A stretch of DNA of 64,000 nucleotides from Mobula hypostoma. Its lineage: Eukaryota. Both the position numbers and the translations under genes were made by a program. Shown here piece by piece: positions 34,750 to 64,000 of the stretch. How positions within the stretch are numbered: position 1 is the first letter of the stretch; every line of letters begins with the position of its first letter. Below the pieces are notes generated by a model. The model was given only the letters and a program-made list of their open reading frames with translations, searched no databases and was not told the DNA's origin. Location: contig NC_086107.1 in the NCBI RefSeq assembly GCF_963921235.1, positions 109,928,001-109,992,000 on the forward strand. The letters run 5' to 3'.

Positions 34750-37700
34750 AAAACTCTTTACTTTTTGCTTTTTAATTTCTTTTTCTAAACACAAATACAT
34801 TAACAAACAGCATACAAACAGAGGTATCAGTGATTGAAACGGTGTGTGCTGCAATGGTACATGGTGCTCAGAGGCAGCTTACGCCTCAACAATGGAATGA
34901 TTTCTTCACGTTTAAACTTTCCATTCATTAGAAATTTATTTTAAACAAGCGCATTTTCTTGCTGTCCGAGCTGCTTTTTTTTTCAATATTACAATTTTAC
35001 TTTTTTTACCGGGCAAGCAAGAGATAAGGAGAGCGAGCATGGCTTTTGGAAGTGTGTTTGGGAAGACAGCAGACTTTTTGTCAGTCATGTCTCACAATGT
35101 CACCATACTTGCATTAAGATTACATGAATGATACAGATGTCCAGAGTGTAACCTTGAAAATGAGCAATGGCCTGGATAAACTAACCCAGCAAAAAAAAAA
35201 AAAATCGGCCGTGTCTACAAATCTGTTAGGTTGTTTTAACAGAGGCACTGTGCACTTCAAATTAAGATATTTACTGATGAAAATTTACCTGCTTTTCCTT
35301 GACACTTTAGTGAGCTCAAGTTACAATCCTTTGTCTCACATGACAATGAAAACCCAAGTGAGTGCAGTGGATCACCAACTGATCAGCTGGCTTTTGATTT
35401 TTGGACTGCATATCATAAGAATCATATCTTTTTTCAAAAAATAGATTTAAAAAATCACTTTTCCTTCCAAATAAGTATTTAGCCAAGTGTGATATATTAA
35501 AAAATAGAATCAAGGTATCAGGTAAATGCAGCAACTGTTTTCTAATGAGACAAATGAAAGCAAGTTAGCTGGCATTCAGTTGTTTCTAAGAACAGTGTCT
35601 ACAAGTTTGGATCACTTCATGGTCAGATGATAAAGACACTAGGAAGAAAAGAAAGCAACCGGGAATAAACCTGCATTTTTATTAAACTGTAGAAGTTCAG
35701 GCAGCTACACAAATCTATAAAACCCTTATTACAGATTCCATCCATAACCTAAAGAATTTTATTTTAATCTTTCTGCGCCAAGGGTTGGTTCTCGTACAGT
35801 TTGAACTGAAAAGAATGACAGCTCAAGATTTTCATTAAAATGTCACAAATTCCAACTTAAAAGATGCAAAAACGAGGACTGAAGGTTATTAGGGAATGCA
35901 AGGGGAACCTGACTGTTTGAAATAAGCCTTTTGATTTCATCCAATATCATGATATCTTGAACACAGTAAAGGACCGAAGAGGGGCCTCATCATGCAATTA
36001 CCAGTTTCAAGGCTCTCTGGTTTTATATGGTGAGCAAGGTGACACTGACACACTAAAGTCCCAACCACACGCAGCCATGCAATAGGCAACCATTACAACC
36101 ATCAATATATTTTTTAAAATTTTGTTTCTTTACCCAGGGAGGCAAGGTTGGGGGGGGGGGAACATTAAAATCAGCATGTATTCTAAAGACATGCCAATTT
36201 CATACTCAAAATCCAATGGACTGTGAAAAAAAAGATATAAAAGTATTGTACAAGTTTACAGCACTACCCTGGAATACTGGTTTAAGTTTTTTTTATTTTA
36301 TTTTGTTGCTTTATCCATCAAAAAATATAAACAAAGAAATGAATGTACCAGTATTCCAAGGGAGTTTTTTTTTTAATTTCTTTAGCAAGTGCCTGTTCTG
36401 GTTCAATTGGCATAGATGCACAATTAAGGAAGTTCACTGAGAATTACATTTTAATCTAGACAGGGAAAAGGCCAGGTGATCAGCCCTCATTCCCCAAAGC
36501 CGAGTTTTTGTGTGTTTAAAAAAAAATCCCCAATAATTTTCAAAGCAATGTTAGCAGATAAAGAATTTCCAATTGCAAAAGATGTACACCTCTTAAAAAG
36601 TACTCCAGTTCCCTTTCCCTTCATGCAATCGGCAAATTCAAATTATGCCACAAAACATTTTGCTTCCCGATTCTGTAAATGTGAATGCACTACTGCGCCG
36701 AGTAATTACAAATCCGGCCAGTAACCAATAGATAACATCCTTAACTCATAATTCCACAGGTTCCCGAGGCAACCAACTATTCGAAACTGGGCTGCAGATA
36801 GAAATATGTTGCTAGCTGAAAGCTAAGGAAACAGCACAGCCATCTTGATGAAGATTGTTTTACATACATTATTACTTGATGCTCAGCACTGTACAAAAAT
36901 GGAAATACAAGAACCTTTTACACAAAAGGATATAACACTGGTGACTGACTTCACACGCCAGTTAGGCCTGTCGAAAGTCTTTCTTCGTGAATGAGTGACA
37001 CTTTTCCTACGGGCACTTTGCTTCCCATCAAGTTTCAGAGACACCTGAGGAAGTTAGCCAAGCTGCAGTTGTTCCAGCGAGAGGACGAGGACTTGTCTTT
37101 GCATGCAAACCAGAACCACGTTCACACCCAGAACTCTCAGGATGTATATTATGAGAATAGCCACATCCAATTAAATTATGTCTAGAAATATAAAACACCT
37201 CTGTAATAACTGCAGGGGCATTCAATGTTATAATGTTAAGAATTGCTGAGGATTCCCTCACCACTAATATGTGAAAAGGATGGGGGCAGATGCAAAATCC
37301 CTTCCTCCGAGTCCAAATCTTAAATATGCACCTTTCTATATGGTTAGGCCAGCTTAAAAGATCCTCTGCAAAGCCACTAACCTGCACCAAGATGTCAAAG
37401 GTGTCTTAATTCCACTTATTTTGTGTCCCGATTTTTAAAAACTGTGGCACATTCACTTGCACTTTTCCGAAAGATAGTACTACATTCCTCTAAGCTACAG
37501 CAGCACTGGGAGGAAATCCAAAACAAAGAGAAACCAGAAGTGGCAACAGTGCGCCCGTGCAGGGAGTTGTGGTCGAACAGCTCACACGTGCCAATCTACC
37601 ACATTTAAAAAAGGAGCAACCAACTTTAAGATATAAAAAGGTCATGAGCCAATACACCACACAGCAGGCTGGGTGCGCCTGTTCAGTTTCTCCAGCTGAG

Positions 37701-38405
37701 AACCAAGAATGTACTATTTAGGATGACTGATGGGTCCTTCCAAAGACAAACTAGTAACACAAATGCTTTAAAAAAAACTCTGATGTGATTTGGAGAATGG
37801 GTAGATAGAAAGAATATCTTATTAGCAGCTTTTTTTTTAAAAATACACCATTTATTACAGGACTTCCAAGTCTCTCTTAAAGAGCCACTGTGGACTTAAG
37901 AAAGCCTTGGTATTAAGAGCAAAATGCAGATCGTGGTATGTAAATAGATACAATAGTTCTTCACTTTCTTCTCATAAAATCTTCCTCTTGATGAATACAG
38001 TCCTGGAAGCTTGACAACTTAGAGATGCTTAGAAATAGGCCAGAAAAATCATAGTGGATGAAAGCTGGAAAAAAAACTGACTGCTATTTTCTTGTCAGCC
38101 AACATTAAATTGGAGCCTGAACTTCTGGCTACACTGAAGGCCAATTGACCCGAGTACTAGGGCAATTTTTTTTTAATATAAATTAAAACGTTTTAATACA
38201 GCCGCCACAGAAACACAGCAAGTTTTCGTGCCAAGATGATTTGCCTTGTTTTTTTTTTGTGTGAATTAGAACTGTCCAAGTAATGATGCATTTATTTTCC
38301 CCAAAGATTCCCAATTGCTTGTAACAGGAACTTGCTAAATGTGAATAGCGTGCCTTCTTTTGTTAGCCGACAGTCAGAAATCCATATCCTTTTGTTGTGT
38401 GGGTT
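34750..38405 (-). other. Probable long 3'UTR of the UBC9 gene
   Basis: About 3.6 kb AT-rich with no recognisable TE, directly after the stop. Minus-strand AATAAA at 38291-38296, 37851-37856, 35758-35763, 35678-35683 and 34935-34940; ATTAAA at 34771-34776. True end uncertain. Confidence 0.6.
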
Positions 38406-58656
<20,251 letters not shown>

Positions 58657-59226
58657 TCAACAGTCCCCTGCAAAAAACAATTGGCCAGGTGTTCATGGAA
58701 GAGTATAATTTTTGCCCGACTATTGAGATTTTCAGAAGTGGGCAGAAGAACATTTTAAATACCTGCACTGAAGTCTGAGGGGAGTGATTTGGTGGGGAAT
58801 AAAAATGCATTTTGTTCTTCCAAACTGAGTTATGCCTGCGAACAGTACCTGTGTTTCCCCTCACATATTGGTAGCGGGTGACTGGTACAGAAGACAAATT
58901 AAAATCAATGGAATGTAAATGGCACAAGCTTGTAAGTGCATTTTAGTAAACTCATCTTGGATAAACTTGTGCTCCCTTTCCCAACAGAAGAAAATCTTAA
59001 TGAAAAGCATGAATGAGGAAAGCAGCAATAGTGAACAAAACAACTGAAGCAGCACAAGTGATACACAGATAAAAGAGCTTGCGCAGAACTCTATATCCAT
59101 GTAAGATACTCTGATGAGGGAGAAGTCCTCTGAACTCCTCCAAGATCATGGAGCAGTATGCATCGGCTAAAGCAACCCAGTGTCACACGAGCACAATGTC
59201 ATCTCAAGCCATTCAGACAGATGAAA

Positions 59227-59265
59227 GGTTCTGATGAAAAAGATCATCGACCTGAAACGTTAACT
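59227..59265 (+). ncRNA. Hammerhead-like motif of a second Penelope-end subfamily (degenerate stem II)
   Basis: GGUU-CUGAUGA...GACCU-GAAA-CGUU-AACU followed by the same gatgctgcctgac tail. Confidence 0.5.
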
Positions 59266-59524
59266 CTGTTTCTCTCTCCATAGATGCTGCCTGACTTGCT
59301 GAACATTTCCAGCATTCTCTGCTTTTATTTCAGAAAGGCTTGACATTTTCCACAGCAGAAACAAACAAAAGGCCACTGGGGAGTTCTAAAAGTAGAAGAA
59401 ACAGATACATCACCAAAACTTGAGATTTAAAATCATGATCATCTACCACTCGTTTTTCCCAACAGTTTAAAATGTGCTTCAAACTCTCTCCGGGACATAC
59501 TGCACAATAACATATTGCATTTAT

Positions 59525-60085
59525 GTACACAAGAGATTCTGCAGATGCTGGAAAGCCAGAGCAACACACACAAAATGGCTGGCACAACTCAGCAGGTCAG
59601 GCAACATCTCAGAAAATAAATAAAATAGTTGATGTTTTGGGTGAGACCCTTCATCAGGACAGGAAAAAAAGGGAGAAGATGTCGAATGAAAAGGTGCGCG
59701 GGGGAGGAGAGGAATGAAAAGATTCATCCCAACTTAATAGCTTGAACATCGATATCTCCTTCCGGTAATTTTCCCCCTCCCCCTTCCCTCTTCTTTTATT
59801 CCCCACTTTGGCCTCTTGCCTCTTCTCCTCACCTGTCTATCACCTCCCCCGGTGCCCCTCCTCCTTCCCTTTCTTCCATGGTTTACTCTCCTTTCGTATC
59901 AGATTCCTTCCTCTCCAGCCCTTTATCTTTCCCCACCCACCTGGCTTCACCTATCACATTGTAGCTTGTCCTCCCTCCCCTCCCTCCATCTTTTTATTCA
60001 GGTGTCTTTCCCGTTCCTTTCCAATCCTGAAGAAGTGTCTTGGCCCGATGCTAACTGACCTGCTGAGTTCCCCCAGAATTTTCTG
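59525..60085. mobile_element. Penelope-like ends in inverted arrangement
   Basis: Minus-oriented end ~59525-59715 joined to a plus-oriented end ~59730-60085. Confidence 0.7.
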
Positions 60086-61599
60086 TAGCAACATTAACAT
60101 ACTGAAACATTCCAAACTGTTTTACAGCCACATTAACAACATTTGATACTGGTCCCCACGAGAGGATCCAATAGATAACTAAAAGCTTGGTCTATAGATG
60201 GAGCTTAAAGAGCATCTTGGAGAGGAGAAATGCAGAGAAGCCAGGGACTGAATTTGGAACCTAAAGAGCTGAAAGGGAAACAGCAATGGCATGATAATGA
60301 CAATCTGAAATACCAAAGACTTTGAAATTGGAGATTTCACGGGGTTGCAACAGTAGAGAAGATTAAAGGTTTAAAAAAAGGCAGGAACTTCTAATGAAAG
60401 GATGAGAAAAAAAAATAGCCATCACTAGACCAGGAACGAGAAATAAAAGAGTTTCCAGATAGCCCATTCATACACAGAAAAGTTCTGAAGCGATTTCCAA
60501 TCCAAATTACATAAACCCTTCAGCAAATAGGGAGGGGATCACTAAAAATAAAAAAAGGGAACCATAGAGACTTATCATGTCAAGGTAGATTAATGGTAAA
60601 AAGCATATTCTGCATCCTGTCTATCCTAGGTATAGTCTGTTATCAGTCTCCAGACATTCCCAAATCTGTAAGACAGTGCTTGAGGCATCATCAGGGTTTA
60701 TTTTAACTAAGTGTATCGCATTCGGAATGGTTGCAACCCACTAGTCCAAGTCATCTTTCTACCTATTAAAAACCTTCTAAAAACAGAACTATGGTTTTGA
60801 AAATAGTTAAAGCGCTAATAACTTATGAATAAGAATAAAAAATTAAACCTATCTTTCCTCCCATTCACAAACTGTACATTAGAGAGCAGACTCTGTAAGA
60901 CAATTAAAATTCTGGAACATTCATCACATCATCAGGTTTTGTTAAGGATTCAACTCCAATGTTATTTTAACAGACACAAAAAAATTTGAACCACATAACC
61001 AAAAGAAATCAAAGGAAGATTATTTTCCCCGAGAAACAGTTTACCGGATGAGCACCCAAATTTACCATTAACACTGGCCCAAGTTTTCTGCTCTTTTACT
61101 GAAAGATATCTTAGTATGCTGTGGAAATGCATGAAACATCAAGTAACAGAATTAAGCAAATAGTTTCACCCTCAAGATAACTTGTGAAGCCTGTTAAAAA
61201 TAAGCCTATAAAAACAATTCTTTCTTATGAAATACAACAGACAGCGGAGCAGTAAACCGACATACAGAACTAATGGATTGTATGATTCAAGAGCAGCCCA
61301 TGAATGGAGGTTCACAACATAGAAGTATAGTGCTAGGTCATTTTCAGCCTCTCAAGCTAGTCATTATTCCTTTAAAATGAAAGACAATTTATACCTTAGC
61401 ATTTTTCTCCCATGTATACATACTCTTATCTTAGTCATCAGCATAGATACAGGCCCTCAGGCTTGTAGCATCCATGTCGACCCTTGTATTTATCTATACT
61501 AGTCCTAACTTATTTAGTCCCCAGCCTTCAACACCTTATGTGTTCCTCAAGAGTATCCCACACGTATTTGACCACTGTGAGAAAAATTCACCATCCTAG

Positions 61600-62150
61600 C
61601 TCTCTTCTTACAAATCTGCCTTCTTGTTTGGACACACTCCAATAAGGAATAAAAAAAATCTACCCTCAATTTTATATACTTCCATCAAGTCAACCCTCAA
61701 CATCCTCTGCTCCAGGAAAAACAAAGCCACTCTACCAATCTCTCCTTATAATTGAAATGCTCCAATCCAAACGACATCCTGGCAAATCTCTTCTGCACTC
61801 TCTCCAACAGTCACATCTTTCCTATAGTGTGGCTACCAGAAATGCACACAATAGGTGTGGCCTGTGCAATGATTTATGAAGTTGTACCATGATGGTTCTA
61901 TTTTATATGTTATGCCACACCTGATGAAAGCACAATCTCATAAATCTTCTTGACCATCGTTATTTAACTTGTGCTGTCAATGTCAGGGATCTGTGGTTGT
62001 TCTCCGAGGTCATTCTGTCAACACTCCCTAGGGTCCTATCATTTACTATAATCAACAGTTCTTTGACCTTCCAAAATGCATCACTTCTCACTTGTCAAGA
62101 TTAAATTCCATCTGCCATTACTCTGGCCAACTTTCAGCTGATCAATATCA
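61600..62150 (-). mobile_element. Old CR1 fragment
   Basis: Decayed reverse complement of CR1 ORF2. Confidence 0.65.
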
Positions 62151-64000
62151 AGCAACAGCCTAACAAAATCCTCATTATCTACATCACAAGTGTTCAACTG
62201 AATGACAACATTCCTTATTCAGGAAAAATTAAGTTACCAATATTGTGAAGGCATCTGGGCAAATCTGCAAATGAGCCATGCCATCCACAACAAGCAATTA
62301 ATTCAGCCACAACCAATGAAACTCTAATTACAAACCATCTGCAGAAACCACCTTCAATCAAATGACGTTCCCCATGTTAACAAGGTTAAACAAATCCATT
62401 GCTTACATGAACTTAAGCAATGGACATACATCTCATCTGAATCAATGGACTCTTTGGCACTTCTGCTGCTCGCATGGTGTGGGGGGGGGTTAATGTTTTG
62501 CTGCTGCTTCTGAGAAGGGAGGGGCTTCAATGTTTCTGTTGTTCTATGGGGTTACTTCATGGATGTCTGCAAAGAGGACGAATTTCAGGTTGTGTACTGG
62601 GTACATACTCCTAGTATTAAATGCATATTTAATACCTTTGAACTTATGTTCTCGTTATTTATCACTATTTATTTATATTTGCATTTGCAGTTTGCTGTCT
62701 TCTGCACTCCAGCTGATCTTTAATTGATCCTGTTATAGCTACTGTTCTATAGATTTGCTGAGTATGCCCACAAGAAAATGAATCTCAAGGTTGTATATGG
62801 TGACATATATGTACTTTGATAATAAATTTATTTTGAACCTTGATTTTTATCTACAATTCATAACCAGCACATTCAGGAAAAACCTTTAAAAAGTTATGTT
62901 TACTATCAACAAGTCTTAAAAAGAAAAAAAGAAATAAAATTGATGAGTTACAGATAACCACATGGTCTGAGAATTTCCACAGAAGCTTGAATTTTTAAAA
63001 ATTGACATGTTTCTCTAATTACCATCAGCTTTGTCCAAATCATGGAAATTATCATGAGCAGCAGCTAACAAGAATACTGGTCAAGATTACACCATTTAAT
63101 TAGTAGAATATCCAGAATTAGTCCTAATAGTCTTTTCAATCATGGCATGCATCTTAGTCTCAAGGACACCAAACCAAGTATAAGAGATATTAACTGCTGG
63201 AAACATTAGTCATTCTGTTTATTATCGTTTGCTGCAAAATAATAAGACACAAGCAGAAGGATCTAGCCATTTGGCCATTCAAGTCTGCCCATCATTCCAT
63301 GGCCGACCTATTATCCCTCAACTCCATTCTTCCTTTCAACCTCTGGTTTAACTATACCCAATGACTTGGCCTCCACAGCCATCCATGACAATGAACTCCA
63401 CAGACCCGCCACCCTTCAGCCAAAGAATCTCCAGTTACTGGAACAGAATGACCTCTGGTTGTAGGACAAGTGAGGATACCTTCATAACAAAATTAGCCTG
63501 GGGTTCTCCAAGGTGCAAATTTAAGGATTTCTTTTTCTTAAAACCTCCAAGAAACAGTATCAATATTCAGCTGATTTTGTGATCCTACTTCCAAGTCTCT
63601 ACTAGCATTACACCATGTACAAAACTTTAGTAGTCTTATACATCCCAAGATCAACTTTCATCCTCATTCAATGTATTGTCAAAGGCATTTTTTCCTCGTC
63701 TCATGCATCTCTAATTCTTAGCCTTGTATCACTCCCATTATTGTCAAATCCTGGGTCTCAACTTCAATATTCTTCCAGTTGGTTGCACTTCCAAACGCTA
63801 CAACCAATTCAGAGTGTCGCTACCCTCGTTATTTCTGCACATCCATCCTCCATAGTTTTACTGGTGTTCGTTGAGGCTCCCAAGACTCCGTAAGAATCAG
63901 GTTCTCAGTCTCCTGGGTAAATGTTATTTACCCTACCCACTCTCTGCAATTTCATCGGGTACCCATTCTCTATACACCTTCATACAGGAAAGATTACTCC

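Noticed and set aside
58668..64000. UBC9 promoter and non-coding first exon
   Set aside because: No CpG island or convincing exon visible; probably beyond the right edge.

Overview
Repeat-rich vertebrate genomic DNA. The repeat set (V-domain tRNA SINEs, CR1, Rex/Babar-like LINEs, Penelope-like elements, Tc1/Tigger/hAT remnants) suggests a cartilaginous fish, probably a ray; that assignment is inference. Two minus-strand genes were assembled by hand from splice sites. (1) A complete six-coding-exon UBE2I/UBC9-type SUMO E2 (CDS 58647-38406, 158 aa, catalytic Cys93 intact) has six substitutions versus the human protein and a probable ~3.6 kb TE-free 3'UTR. (2) A TEX33/CIMIP4 orthologue has exons from ~21280 to 1013, its last exon lies left of the window, and its CpG-rich promoter has a palindromic RFX X-box beside a forkhead site and an E-box. 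Main findings: the UBC9 copy sits next to TEX33 (human 22q12-13 neighbourhood rather than 16p13.3) and may be a retained whole-genome-duplication paralogue; and Penelope-derived ends carry minimal hammerhead ribozymes, including a 101-bp ribozyme-only insertion with a 12-bp target-site duplication and several fold-back insertions. Repeat boundaries are approximate unless TSDs or TIRs are quoted, and homology calls come from recalled sequences, not searches.
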